The notes below the pieces were generated by a model, which saw only the letters and a program-made list of their open reading frames with translations, had not been told where the DNA came from and did no database searches. Positions 18,301-27,723 of a stretch of DNA of 57,795 bases are shown piece by piece (the stretch's first letter is position 1; each line of letters begins with the position of its first letter). The DNA is from a virus. The position numbers were made by a program, and so were the translations under genes. The DNA lies in the IMG/VR virus record IMGVR_UViG_3300037827_000133, positions 1 to 57,795 of that record; one strand, 5' to 3'.

Positions 18301-20970
18301 GCGGCGACCGGAACCACGATCACATCCTCCAAGGCTCTGGCGGGGAGCGGAGCCGGGATCACGACCGGGCCAGCATCGGCGGTCACCACCTTGGATGTTA
18401 CAGAGTTCACTGGGACGGGTGGCCAGATCGCGGACTCAGGTGTACTGGTAGCCAACCTGACCACGGCAGCGTCGAACTACACGAGCGGCGATCTCGTGCA
18501 AGCGGCCGGAGCGAACAAGACGACCTCGGACTCCGCTATCGCCACGGCGAACGTGGTCACCGCGGCCTCTAACTTTACCTCGGGCCATATCCCGAAGGCC
18601 GCCGCATCGAACAAGACGCTCGCAGACGGCTACGCGGTCCAAGGCACCGATACCTCCCTGCTGAGCAGCGGCACGGTATCCGGCACCTCGGTCCTCCTCT
18701 GCACCGACGCCAACGGTGGTGCGACCACGAGCGGCTGTCCCTCGACCGGCGGCAACGTCTCTACCTCCGGCACGATCACCTCGGGCCAGATCGCCATCTG
18801 GGCCTCGACGACGACCATCAAGTCCGCAGCGATCAGCGGCGACAGCACCATGACTAGCGCTGGTGTGATGACCAACACGGGGATGAACGGCGTCTCCTTC
18901 GCCAGCCTCGCTACCGGCATCGTCAAGAACACGACCACGACCGGCGTCCCTAGCATCGCCGTCTCCGCCGACACCATCGCACAGTGGACTGGTACCTGCA
19001 ACTCCTCTACCTTCCTGCGCGCTGACGGGAGCTGCCAAGTCCCCTCGTCCACGGGCGGTACGGTCAACGTGGCTCTTCAGTACGCGATGCCGTACTACTC
19101 CGCCGCTGGGTCCACGAATACGATTAGCGGCTCGCCCGCGCCTACCTCGCCGAACGGAATCGCGCAGACTTGGACCTCTACTCCTTCAGGCGGGACGGCG
19201 ACTCAAGGCGTATGGTCCATCCCCGGCGTCCCCATCGACGCGCAGACGGGGACGAGTTACACCATCCCAATCACCGACGACGTGACCTTTGTCACTGGCA
19301 GCAATACCTCCGCGACGGCGTGGACTGGATTCGCCCTCGCCAACAACTACGCCTTTTCGTTCATGAACATCAATACGGGCCTGATCACCTTCACTCCGGC
19401 GTCGGGTACGGTCAACGGGAATGCTACCCAGATCATCCCGTCCCAGTGGTTCGGCTTCCACTACACGGATAACACGAATACATTCATGCCAGTTATGCCG
19501 ACCATCGCAGCGTTCACGGACTGTCATGGAGCGTCGAACGCCGTAATCTTCACTGCAGCAACCGGCGCGTTCGGATGCAACACGATCTCCGGCAGCAGCG
19601 GCCTATCCGGGATGACGGCGGGACAAGTACCTATCGCCGCTACGGCGACCACGGTAACCTCGTCGAAGGCGCTCGCTGGCGCAGGCGCAGGCATCACTAC
19701 AGGGCCGGTCTCAGGCGTAACCACTCTCGATCTGACCGAATTCACCGGCACTGGAGGCCAGATCGCGGACTCAGGTGTCCTCGCCGCCAACGTGGTCACC
19801 CAGACCTCGAACGGCACCTCCGGCCAGGTATGTACGTATACCGGATCGAACAAAGTATGCGTCCCAGCGACGGCACTCCCGAACGGAGTTACCGCAACCA
19901 CACAGACGGCCACGGATACCAGCACGGATGTATCGACGGACGCCTTTGTGGCTACTTCGATCGCGAACGCCATCGCGGCAGTCAATCCTGCCGTAGCCGT
20001 GTTGGCAGCCTCTACCACTAGCCTGACTGGTACCTACGCCAACGGAGCCAGCGGCGTCGGGGCCACCTTCACAGTCACCGCTACCGGCGCGTTCACACTG
20101 GACGGGATATCCATCAGCACGATCGGCCAGCGCGTCCTGCTCAAGAATCAATCCAGCGCGTTCCAGAACGGTATCTATACGGCTACCGTGGTCGGCGCAA
20201 CCGCTATCTCGCCCGTGTTCACCCGTGCGCTTGATTACGATCAGCCATCGGATATGAACACCACCGGAGCGATCCCGGTGCAGAGCGGCACGGTAAACGC
20301 TGAAACGAGCTGGCTGCAAACGTCTACAGTGAATACAGTCGGAACGGATGCGGTTACCTTCACGCAGTTCAGCGTCAATCCGGCCAACTTGGTGACTGCG
20401 GTATCGCCTGGAGTCGGCCTCTGCCACTTCGCCGGATCGACGCAGGCTTGTACCAGCAGCGCCATCGTTGCGGCAGACATCACCAACAATACGATCACGG
20501 GAACGCAGCTTGCTTCGTCCTTAGCTTTGGTCACGCCAAACATTGGAGCGGCGACCGGAACCTCCTTGCTGGTCACTGGCACTCTGGATGGCAAGGCTCC
20601 AATCACGATCACCACCGGCACGACGGCCACGCTCGGAGCGGCGACTTACGCCAGCGGCTACACCTTCAATCAGGAAGCCACCGCTGGCACCAGTGTCACC
20701 TATACACTCCCCGCGACCGCTGCAGGGCTGCAATATTGCGTCAAGAATTCCATCGTCTCGGGCACCGGTGCGGCAGACACAGGCGTTCTGAAAGTCTATC
20801 CCGCATCAGGTTCCTACGTGATCCTGAACGGAACGATTAACACCATCGGTGGAGGCGGGACGCATGGCGTCTCCTCGGGTGGAGCGGCGGGAGACTCGGC
20901 ATGCTTCGTGGCTATTGACTCCACTCACTGGGAAGTTTACGTCCAGGTGGGAACTTGGGCAGAAAACTAG
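15328..20970 (+). CDS. Giant tail fibre-like protein (1,880 aa) with signal-peptide-like N-terminus and CarboxypepD_reg-like first domain
   Basis: ATGA overlap at 15328. MKKLTLLLFLLSSFGIFSPLAYSQSGTTVVTAKVVDANGSV. Gly/Thr/Ser/Asn-rich repeats. The track start at 14986 is rejected. Confidence 0.7.
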   Translation: MKKLTLLLFLLSSFGIFSPLAYSQSGTTVVTAKVVDANGSVYVNCQWSVVFVGENTTPGAGPYAPAPLLNGQQGACDSQGNFSINLADNILTVTPQPSQWSFSICSTGGYLGGLYCKTNIPITVTGSTQNISSILTPLMPLLPTGGGGGSGTITFPGVPSGLCTSAQTAVNTATGDYYSCFAGVWIKVGPNPAAGNPGGSAFQLQTNSSGVSFGGVANATLGSVLITQGGSAFPAFSSNLLVAPSANSVPFSTSGGVAANALNVNLYNISNPYALGWENFNGLDEEYVDLGGWATNYLTPSFSKKDFLDPLYINLTSYGLGQKYAFRNNQNCYGLGDCGSILNSVTAYGGLAASGDEGTINQQLFSGMGGVEFTGTITSGASTGSTSLTINPSAGSGTQGDNRWLYDSTQKIVVTISALTPSTVAPASMTVTSTGLGASTVNTTLSNNVGPCTPCTITPVSMTGISANQILAIADNETFELVQVISTGGSTFTANLTKPHDGTTDHSIIAGGGATGYFIEVSANNGTTAMGATNTLHYAWPILSSASNTSLTVWAAANGGYETSIAQNWANVSGQNGGVIYPGAEVYSVQSGNALSNTLTLGPNIVAWSNGDTVIQPVYPAIGVSGIIVDTTSYFPSLTNFITAGLNVNFGGIATANQVGIEVRNNSPVSLYTSSYGGTGTFLPPQAALSFQGPWQADMTFDKPAPALLQVNGCPAGLCTYPYSPKLVSFPNNFGASDYITYNGNAGNFSSPQWLIAVGNGTGSLQNYLFTKNDFSPVFPQGTAASLGANQPWRFINASAGYQINGTAPISHCLTGNGTYYVDSGSCGNAAFSSITSGTNTSAAMLVGSGASLGWTSSGRIDSTTLLGGYWGAPALPIGNVAPVPGNSVFTGFSATGTVDFTGSVISKLRVAAGLTTSANGDIGYDSTNANWHFWNGADLIMAPLAAGFVSGDCGQPTLTGSKWTIADTGGACGGGGGSGLSGMTAGQVPIAATGTTITSSKALAGSGAGITTGPASAVTTLDVTEFTGTGGQIADSGVLVANLTTAASNYTSGDLVQAAGANKTTSDSAIATANVVTAASNFTSGHIPKAAASNKTLADGYAVQGTDTSLLSSGTVSGTSVLLCTDANGGATTSGCPSTGGNVSTSGTITSGQIAIWASTTTIKSAAISGDSTMTSAGVMTNTGMNGVSFASLATGIVKNTTTTGVPSIAVSADTIAQWTGTCNSSTFLRADGSCQVPSSTGGTVNVALQYAMPYYSAAGSTNTISGSPAPTSPNGIAQTWTSTPSGGTATQGVWSIPGVPIDAQTGTSYTIPITDDVTFVTGSNTSATAWTGFALANNYAFSFMNINTGLITFTPASGTVNGNATQIIPSQWFGFHYTDNTNTFMPVMPTIAAFTDCHGASNAVIFTAATGAFGCNTISGSSGLSGMTAGQVPIAATATTVTSSKALAGAGAGITTGPVSGVTTLDLTEFTGTGGQIADSGVLAANVVTQTSNGTSGQVCTYTGSNKVCVPATALPNGVTATTQTATDTSTDVSTDAFVATSIANAIAAVNPAVAVLAASTTSLTGTYANGASGVGATFTVTATGAFTLDGISISTIGQRVLLKNQSSAFQNGIYTATVVGATAISPVFTRALDYDQPSDMNTTGAIPVQSGTVNAETSWLQTSTVNTVGTDAVTFTQFSVNPANLVTAVSPGVGLCHFAGSTQACTSSAIVAADITNNTITGTQLASSLALVTPNIGAATGTSLLVTGTLDGKAPITITTGTTATLGAATYASGYTFNQEATAGTSVTYTLPATAAGLQYCVKNSIVSGTGAADTGVLKVYPASGSYVILNGTINTIGGGGTHGVSSGGAAGDSACFVAIDSTHWEVYVQVGTWAEN
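18265..18462 (+). repeat. Intragenic repeat copy 1 (GLSGMTAGQVPIAATGTTITSSKALAG...GGQIADSGVL module)
   Basis: About 200 nt similar to 19600-19800. Exact 23-mer ggccagatcgcggactcaggtgt at 18421-18443. Confidence 0.85.
19600..19800 (+). repeat. Intragenic repeat copy 2
   Basis: Same module. Exact 23-mer at 19756-19778. Confidence 0.85.
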
Positions 20971-20972
20971 AC

Positions 20973-23147
20973 ATGAAAAAACTCCTCACGATTACGTTAC
21001 TTGTACTAGTCGCACTGTTATTAGCAGCAGCCGGAGTCCCTCAGCACGGGCTCCAGGTGATTGTTTCCAGTGCTCCGGTAACTACCACGGCCACGCCCGG
21101 CTTTGTCAGTGAGACCAGCAAGAACAGCCTGGGATCGATAGCGTTGGCCACTCAATTCACCAACATGAATGCCTGTCCCAGCTATGACTACTGTCTACCT
21201 TATGTAGAAAACGCGCTTGGTGGGAATATAGGGATTGTACCCTTCATTTATTCCAGCAGTCCTACTCCTACCATTGGAGTCACGGACGACAAAAGCGATA
21301 CGTATAGCTGCGTGGCGCCATCAAGCGCGAGTTCGAGTCTAGTAGTAGACATCTGCTACGCACCAAACCTGATTGCGGGTGCACACAACGTTGATGTGTC
21401 ATTTGCGGCAGCAAATACCCACGTTGCGGCCAAGGTCTCTATGGCCTATAACGTAGCAACATCTAGTCCTCTGGATACGTCCAACTCATGCGTTGGAACC
21501 AGTTCAACGACTGTTAATTGCGCCAATGTCACGACAGGCTTCGCTAACGATTACATATACGTGGCGGTCTGCCGAACCGGCACTCCGGTCGCCACGTCTT
21601 TCACCGCAGGTTCTGGATATACACTAGGCACCACGGACATTCAGGGAGGTTGTGCCACCGAGTACGGAGTGGCTACTTCGGCGGGAAGCGTAACGCCTTC
21701 GATGACCATGTCGCCCGCCTCGACTTACATCGAGTACGTACTGGCCTTTAAGGCCGCGACCGCTGGTGTAGCGCCTAGTGGATTCTATCAGGATCGTCTA
21801 CTCTCGTGGAGTACACAGTCCGGTGTGAGCGGCAACGTCTCTCTGCAGTTCCCAACTAGCGGGAACCTTCTGGTCGCCATGGAATCTGGCAACACGATAG
21901 ATACTACCTCTATTACTGATTCTGGTAATACGTGGTCGTTGGCAGGAACTGACAACAACACTAACAGCACTGCATACTACGTACCAAACGCCTCAGCTGA
22001 CTCTTCTGGCCTCTTGACCATGAACACTACTGGGACAGGGGATAGCACATATCAGCTCTACTCTTTCACTGGAGCTATTGCTGATCCATACATAAACTGG
22101 CAGCAAGTGCCCTTGAGTGGAGGAACGGTGCAGTGCAGCGGAGGCATTACCGCGTGCAATGTCCTTAATCCTACGTCGGGGCAGATTAACACATGGACTC
22201 CCCCAGCAACGTCATATCTTGCGGTGACTGCTGGACAACAGGGATTCAATACGTCTGTTTCCATTGGCACCCCCACAGGATGGTTTTGGGATGGAGGATT
22301 TTTCGGTGGAGAAACACTTAACGGTGGTGGCACCCCGGAATCGGTTGTAGATCAGAACAATGTATGGGCACACGGCTACTCCACCACACTGGGTACACAG
22401 ACAACTTTTTCCATAAACCAAACCACGACTTTCACCAATAGCACCGCGTCTAATTTCAATGTAGATTTGCTTACTTTCCTCACTTCTACCGGAATCGGAA
22501 TTAAGCATTTCACTAGCAACCAGGCCACGTCAGGCTCCACACTGGCGATCACGGTTCCTGCTACGAAGGCCAATTTATTGGTGATCAGTACTGGGTTTTA
22601 CGACGGCTCGACGGTACGCACTGTGAGTAAGGTCTGCACGGATGGAACGACTTGCGCAGCCGGTCACTCTTTCACGCAACTTACCAGCGCGGCCTCTACC
22701 GACACCAGCAGCACGAGCGGCACAGACATTTGGTACTGCCTAAGTTGCACTTCGGGTGCGACGACGGTGACCATAAGCTACTCAGGCGCGGTCACCACTT
22801 CGGAAGGCTTCTATTGGGAAGTCCAAAAAGGCAGCGGAGCTAGCTGGGCGGCCGACGGAGGGGCGCACGTCAATGCCGGCACTACGAGCGGCACAACTTC
22901 TACTGGCGCGGCAGTCACTCCCACCGGGACGCAGGATTTCTGCGTGGGTCACATCGACGTATCAGGCTCCGGGGTTTCGGCCAACCCTTTATCTGGAAAT
23001 GCTTTTGTTTACCCAGGTACAACCCCCGACTTCTCAGGTACGGGAGGTGCAGCAGCTTCTCTTTTGACCACATCTTCATCGGCTCAAACTCCGCAGTGGA
23101 CAACGAGCACCGGAACCTTTAATTCCTCGACGGGATGTTTCAAATGA
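20973..23147 (+). CDS. Fibre/spike-like Ser/Thr-rich protein with signal-peptide-like N-terminus (724 aa)
   Basis: MKKLLTITLLVLVALLLAAAG. AT-richer than the core genome. Confidence 0.6.
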   Translation: MKKLLTITLLVLVALLLAAAGVPQHGLQVIVSSAPVTTTATPGFVSETSKNSLGSIALATQFTNMNACPSYDYCLPYVENALGGNIGIVPFIYSSSPTPTIGVTDDKSDTYSCVAPSSASSSLVVDICYAPNLIAGAHNVDVSFAAANTHVAAKVSMAYNVATSSPLDTSNSCVGTSSTTVNCANVTTGFANDYIYVAVCRTGTPVATSFTAGSGYTLGTTDIQGGCATEYGVATSAGSVTPSMTMSPASTYIEYVLAFKAATAGVAPSGFYQDRLLSWSTQSGVSGNVSLQFPTSGNLLVAMESGNTIDTTSITDSGNTWSLAGTDNNTNSTAYYVPNASADSSGLLTMNTTGTGDSTYQLYSFTGAIADPYINWQQVPLSGGTVQCSGGITACNVLNPTSGQINTWTPPATSYLAVTAGQQGFNTSVSIGTPTGWFWDGGFFGGETLNGGGTPESVVDQNNVWAHGYSTTLGTQTTFSINQTTTFTNSTASNFNVDLLTFLTSTGIGIKHFTSNQATSGSTLAITVPATKANLLVISTGFYDGSTVRTVSKVCTDGTTCAAGHSFTQLTSAASTDTSSTSGTDIWYCLSCTSGATTVTISYSGAVTTSEGFYWEVQKGSGASWAADGGAHVNAGTTSGTTSTGAAVTPTGTQDFCVGHIDVSGSGVSANPLSGNAFVYPGTTPDFSGTGGAAASLLTTSSSAQTPQWTTSTGTFNSSTGCFK

Positions 23148-23488
23148 AACGCCTTCTGATTGCGATCTTTTTATTCGCGCTAAACACTTGCTACGGCGGC
23201 CCTGCCACCTCGACAACGTTTAACTGGGCTATCGGAGGGACTACAGCAGTAACCATCATGTCTGGGGTGACGATTGTTTCTGTGAACTGCTCCACGTTAG
23301 ATTTTGTGGCTGTTGACAACACTCATCAGACAGCAATCGCAACCACGAACACCAACACAACTCTTGCTCCCATTCAGGCGTTCGATACGTACACGCTGAC
23401 CAATAACAACACCATCAACGTTACCCAGACTGCTGCCGGGACCGCCGACGTTTACACGGCCTACAGCCTGACTGTGGATTTGTACTGA
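23144..23488 (+). CDS. Small secreted-type protein (114 aa)
   Basis: ATGA overlap. MKRLLIAIFLFALNTCYGG hydrophobic N-terminus. Confidence 0.55.
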   Translation: MKRLLIAIFLFALNTCYGGPATSTTFNWAIGGTTAVTIMSGVTIVSVNCSTLDFVAVDNTHQTAIATTNTNTTLAPIQAFDTYTLTNNNTINVTQTAAGTADVYTAYSLTVDLY

Positions 23489-25584
23489 TGAGAAAACTAA
23501 ATCTAATCTTTTTGTTTCTCGTCAACATCGCCATGTTGCAGGCTCAGACTGGCACAGCTCCGCTTTATCAATCTACGACCAGCACGGCGAATCCAGGGCC
23601 GATCACCCCACTGTTCACGGGTACGGTCGGACAGAATAAGACGGCCTATGATACGACTTACAATCCTCCACCACTGGACTGCTACACGCAAGCCACGGAC
23701 TCTGTAACGATGGGTGGACTGTCTCTCGGAAACAACACTTGGTCAGGCGGGGCCAACGACTACATGGCGTTGCTGATTGGGCCAGATGGTACAGCATATT
23801 GGTTCATCGGAGACATCAACGGCGGGATGGACATGCTGCACGTTGACCTATCCGGGAACTGCGCGAGGGTTATAAACGCTGGCGTCAACCTTCACACTAG
23901 CGGCGTGCATGTGTCCGGTCCAATTGTTGCCTCCAAGGTCACATCCAATATTTTTTATAACTTAAATGGACCAACGAGGCTAAACTCTAACGTTATAAAC
24001 AGCGATACCAGTTACACTCCCACGCTTATGGTAGATGTGGCAAGCGGCACGTCTTGCCCCGGAATTCCGGCTCCTTCCACATTCATATATGCCGGAATAC
24101 TCGGGAGTAAGTACAACGACACTCGATTTGGCTGGTCACTAGGTAATTCAGGGGGGCAGGGAACGGCTGAGTGGAATGTAGCATACGATACCACATTACC
24201 GGGGTGCGCCGTGGTCCACATGACCACCGGCGACTACTGGGACTTCGGGGCGTGCGCTCCCGGCAGTTGCAGCCCGGCCACCCCACCGACAGGAACCTTG
24301 GCAACGGCTACCGCTTGCACAAATGGAACTGATTGTAGCTGTTGGATAGGGCCTCAAGCACAGGCCGCGATCACCAGCTTCTCGATCACAGGGAACGTGG
24401 TTACATTCGTCGCAAACAATTCCTTCACGGCAGGACTAACTCCCACAATTAGTCTGCCGTTCATTTCTTATTTAAACGGTCAGAGCCTTACGATACTCGC
24501 CGCAGGGCTTTCCTCGACGCAGTTCTCGGCCAATTTTACCCACGCCGACGTAACTTCTACAGCACAAACGGGATTTGCTACCACGACCGGAATCCATGAT
24601 TCACAGTTTTGTGGAGATGGAACCTGCACCGTCATGAGCGTTACCGGAGGCAATTATGCGCGTGGAACGTGTTCGGGAAAATTCGGAGGAGCGATTGTCT
24701 GGACCGTGGGCACATCGACAACTCAGTGGTGCATTGGAGGGAATGGGCAGACCGGGAATGGAGGGCAGCATTGTGGCGGGCACAATTCAGTAGGCACTAG
24801 CAAGATGCTCGACACATGGCCTCCGACTGACTTGGTATCGACCATCCGACCGTTGAGCAACGTGCTTTTGGCAACAACATGGCAAACTGCAACTACCGTC
24901 AACGACAACCAGCACGGGTTTTGGCCGCAACCGGATCACGCAGACGACTATCCTTGGATTGCGACTACCTATGACATGCTTCCGGCAGTTGGCACAGTCT
25001 ACAACCCGGTGAATCTTGGCAATGCAATTTTTGCGCAATATCCCCTTGCACTGAATCAGCCCTATACGATCTTCGGGCACACTTACAACGTGGGATCGAC
25101 TGACGCCAGCATAGCTATGGGTTTAGTACAGACCGGACCGAATTGGACTGCGGGAAAGACGTACACACTGAATCCCACGGTAACAATTATTACTCCGACT
25201 TCGGGGAATGCCGGCCATTACTCCTACGAAGCGACAGTTGCCGGGACAGGGGGTGGGTCTGCTCCTACTTGGACACAAACACCGGGCGCTAGCGTGACGG
25301 ATGGTGGCGCTACCCTAGTCAACATTGGAGTGGCTGGAGCATCTGTAGTTGAGAGTTACTTCGCCTGTCAGGATTCCATTATGAGCGTTTCTCAGGATGG
25401 CAACTGGGGGATGCTCGCCAGCAGCATGTTGCAGAGTTTGGGGCTGGATAGCGCTGGGAAGCCAGCCTGCCACGGCTTCATTGTCCATATCGGAAACCCG
25501 TTAGTAGCTCCTGTAGCGCCATCACCCATCTCCTTCGCCAAAAACGTCACAGAATCAGGAAAGTTTACGGCGGCTGGACACTAG
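23488..25584 (+). CDS. Fibre/spike-like or secreted beta-rich protein (698 aa) with signal-peptide-like N-terminus
   Basis: TGATG overlap. MRKLNLIFLFLVNIAMLQAQTG. Confidence 0.6.
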   Translation: MRKLNLIFLFLVNIAMLQAQTGTAPLYQSTTSTANPGPITPLFTGTVGQNKTAYDTTYNPPPLDCYTQATDSVTMGGLSLGNNTWSGGANDYMALLIGPDGTAYWFIGDINGGMDMLHVDLSGNCARVINAGVNLHTSGVHVSGPIVASKVTSNIFYNLNGPTRLNSNVINSDTSYTPTLMVDVASGTSCPGIPAPSTFIYAGILGSKYNDTRFGWSLGNSGGQGTAEWNVAYDTTLPGCAVVHMTTGDYWDFGACAPGSCSPATPPTGTLATATACTNGTDCSCWIGPQAQAAITSFSITGNVVTFVANNSFTAGLTPTISLPFISYLNGQSLTILAAGLSSTQFSANFTHADVTSTAQTGFATTTGIHDSQFCGDGTCTVMSVTGGNYARGTCSGKFGGAIVWTVGTSTTQWCIGGNGQTGNGGQHCGGHNSVGTSKMLDTWPPTDLVSTIRPLSNVLLATTWQTATTVNDNQHGFWPQPDHADDYPWIATTYDMLPAVGTVYNPVNLGNAIFAQYPLALNQPYTIFGHTYNVGSTDASIAMGLVQTGPNWTAGKTYTLNPTVTIITPTSGNAGHYSYEATVAGTGGGSAPTWTQTPGASVTDGGATLVNIGVAGASVVESYFACQDSIMSVSQDGNWGMLASSMLQSLGLDSAGKPACHGFIVHIGNPLVAPVAPSPISFAKNVTESGKFTAAGH

Positions 25585-25621
25585 GCAGTAGAATAGACCT
25601 GACAGCACTGTTCGGAGACTT

Positions 25622-25930
25622 ATGAATATCAGGAAAGGCTGGCTGGTCACCGTTGCAGGATGTATGGCGGCAATGGGAGGTGTTCCGGTTGCTACGTGGG
25701 CAGCATTGCAGGCTTTTCCTTCTATGAAAGTACCAGCATGGTTTACGTCGGCACAATTTTACTTTGTCCTAGTAGGGATTGTCGGCAGTGCACTCATGGG
25801 CTGGGCGGCGAAGGGAGCGGACGATCATTCCACTTCCGCGCAAGTGGCCGTATCGACTATCGAGAAACCGCAGATTCAGGCGGACGCTATTGTAGAACTG
25901 CAAACGAAAGCACCGGAGGTTAAACCGTGA
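25622..25930 (+). CDS. Membrane protein, holin candidate (two hydrophobic helices)
   Basis: WLVTVAGCMAAMGGVPVATWAAL and FYFVLVGIVGSALMGWAA. Confidence 0.5.
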   Translation: MNIRKGWLVTVAGCMAAMGGVPVATWAALQAFPSMKVPAWFTSAQFYFVLVGIVGSALMGWAAKGADDHSTSAQVAVSTIEKPQIQADAIVELQTKAPEVKP

Positions 25931-26124
25931 TCCAACTACTGATTTACGTTCTGATTCTGCTGATCGTGATGGCGCTGGTGTGGTGGATCGTATCCCTACT
26001 CCCGCTGCCACCTCCCGTAAAGCAGATCGCAACCGTCGTGCTTGTCGTGATCTGCGTCATTGCGCTGATCTACCTGCTGCTGCCGCTAGCCGGGAGCGGG
26101 CCGCACTACAACTTGAGGCCCTAA
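25927..26124 (+). CDS. Small membrane protein (two TM helices)
   Basis: GTGA overlap. MIQLLIYVLILLIVMALVWWIVSLL..VVLVVICVIALIYLLL. Confidence 0.55.
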   Translation: MIQLLIYVLILLIVMALVWWIVSLLPLPPPVKQIATVVLVVICVIALIYLLLPLAGSGPHYNLRP

Positions 26125-26129
26125 CTTAA

Positions 26130-26390
26130 ATGACCGACGCGGTGGAGATTGCGCTGATTGGTGCGGCTGCGGTGATCGTTCCCGCAGTTGGGAGCATATT
26201 TGCAGCCATTTACAGCAAGCGGGCCAGCAACATCGCAAGCGAGATGGAATCCAAGATAATTGAACTGGATGTCAAGGTGGACGGCAGGCTTACACAACTC
26301 CTGAACGCTACCAACGCCCAGGGCCGGCAGGACGAACGGGATTCTCAATCGATCACGGTAAGAGGAGTGCCAGAGGAGCCTAAAAAGTGA
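26130..26390 (+). CDS. N-terminal TM plus coiled-coil protein (i-spanin-like or holin-associated)
   Basis: IALIGAAAVIVPAVGSIFAAIY followed by a charged helical region. Confidence 0.45.
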   Translation: MTDAVEIALIGAAAVIVPAVGSIFAAIYSKRASNIASEMESKIIELDVKVDGRLTQLLNATNAQGRQDERDSQSITVRGVPEEPKK

Positions 26391-26391
26391 G

Positions 26392-26547
26392 ATGGTGGAC
26401 CGGCAGACGCGAGTACAGATTGAGCGAGAGATGTATAACCTGCGGATACTGCTCGACAAATGTGTGGAAGGATCGCACTGGGAGCAGAGGATACTAGCTC
26501 GGATTGCGTGGCTGAAGGAGAAACTGAAGGAACTCGGTGACGACTAG
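26392..26547 (+). CDS. Hypothetical coiled-coil protein, 51 aa
   Basis: ATG 26392, one nt after the previous stop. Below the track cut-off. Confidence 0.35.
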   Translation: MVDRQTRVQIEREMYNLRILLDKCVEGSHWEQRILARIAWLKEKLKELGDD

Positions 26548-27313
26548 GGTGAAGTTCCTGGAGAACGCGCTACGACAGGCACAGAGATTCCGGTTCATGT
26601 CCCCCCGGACCGGCGGCGGAGGCGGTGGAGGAGGAGGCGGAGTGGGATCCACGGTTGACATTCTCGAATATCTGCTACCGAACGAGGCGTGGTCGGTCAG
26701 TTCGCACCTGGCCGTCGCTGGCGCTGGAGGGCAGCCGATCTACGTCCTGCTCGCAGGGAGTCGCATATGGCAGGTCAAGGGCTCCGGCGGCTTCCCTTGG
26801 GACGGCAACTCCTTCGACTCCAACTACGTATACCAGTCGATCACAGAAAACGTATACCTCACTCCGACTACGTTCAAGATGTTCGCGTCGGCGTCCTGGC
26901 CAGGAGCGAATGGCGGGATCGCGTGGCTGCCACGATACTTCACCGAGGGCGGCCGGAACGCTCCGATCGTCACGGCGGATTCCACGTATCGTATCTACAC
27001 CGCGTGCGGGGTATACACGACGTCGAGCCTCGGAGGCCCAGTCGAAGTCGAGGTCCAGGGGCCGTACTCGATCAACTTCGGCGGTACGCTCGGAGTCCAA
27101 TCCGCGATCGTACAGACGTATAAGTGGAATCCAGGGTATACGGTGATGGAGGTCAATTACTACGTCAAGGGGTATGGGCTGGTGCAGTGGGAGTCGTGGG
27201 CGCTGAGCGGCGGCGTCTACACGCGGCAACAGGTATCGGCGTTTAATACGGTCGTGGCTGGAGGATTGCCGGCGCTCGACTTCCCTTGCGGGGTGCCTAC
27301 GATCACGCCATGA
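26537..27313 (+). CDS. Hypothetical protein with a 10-residue poly-Gly linker and a beta-rich C-terminal domain
   Basis: Track ORF. Start uncertain (GTG 26537 or GTG 26549). Confidence 0.55.
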   Translation: MTTRVKFLENALRQAQRFRFMSPRTGGGGGGGGGGVGSTVDILEYLLPNEAWSVSSHLAVAGAGGQPIYVLLAGSRIWQVKGSGGFPWDGNSFDSNYVYQSITENVYLTPTTFKMFASASWPGANGGIAWLPRYFTEGGRNAPIVTADSTYRIYTACGVYTTSSLGGPVEVEVQGPYSINFGGTLGVQSAIVQTYKWNPGYTVMEVNYYVKGYGLVQWESWALSGGVYTRQQVSAFNTVVAGGLPALDFPCGVPTITP

Positions 27314-27723
27314 GCCTCAGCTACGAAATCACGACTGGGAAAATGTACTCAGGTGCCGGTAAGCTGCTGGCTACCGGCTACTCCGGCCAGCCGCCACACG
27401 TCAACGATATCGCGGCTGTGGGCGAGGTAGGGATTGGGCCGATCCCGCCTGGATCGTGGAGGATCAGCGAGATCGAGTGGGACAATCCTAGGCTGGGGCC
27501 GTTCGTGCTCGTATTGGAGCCAGACCCAGCTACTACGTTATACGTGTTATCGCTGGGTCGAGGGTCGCATACGTTCCGCATCCACGGGGAGCGGGAGCAA
27601 CCGCCACCGGGATACGCGAGTGATGGGTGTATAGTTTTACCGAGAGCACCACGCGAGCAGATTTGGAATTTAGGGGACCACGAACTCAATACGATCGCAA
27701 CACTCAAGGAGGAATCACAATGA
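27310..27723 (+). CDS. Tlde1/DUF2778-like L,D-transpeptidase-fold protein (cell-wall enzyme; lysin candidate)
   Basis: ATGA overlap. GIGPIPPGSW..GPFVLVLEP..FRIHGE..ASDGCIVLPRAPREQIW matches the DUF2778 pattern (GPIPxGxY ... F.IHG ... S.GCIV). Confidence 0.6.
   Translation: MSLSYEITTGKMYSGAGKLLATGYSGQPPHVNDIAAVGEVGIGPIPPGSWRISEIEWDNPRLGPFVLVLEPDPATTLYVLSLGRGSHTFRIHGEREQPPPGYASDGCIVLPRAPREQIWNLGDHELNTIATLKEESQ

Noticed and set aside
18265-19800. Fibre repeat pair considered as a diversity-generating retroelement TR/VR
   Set aside because: Differences between the copies are spread over all four bases and are mostly synonymous, not adenine-specific. No reverse transcriptase ORF was recognised anywhere in the genome.
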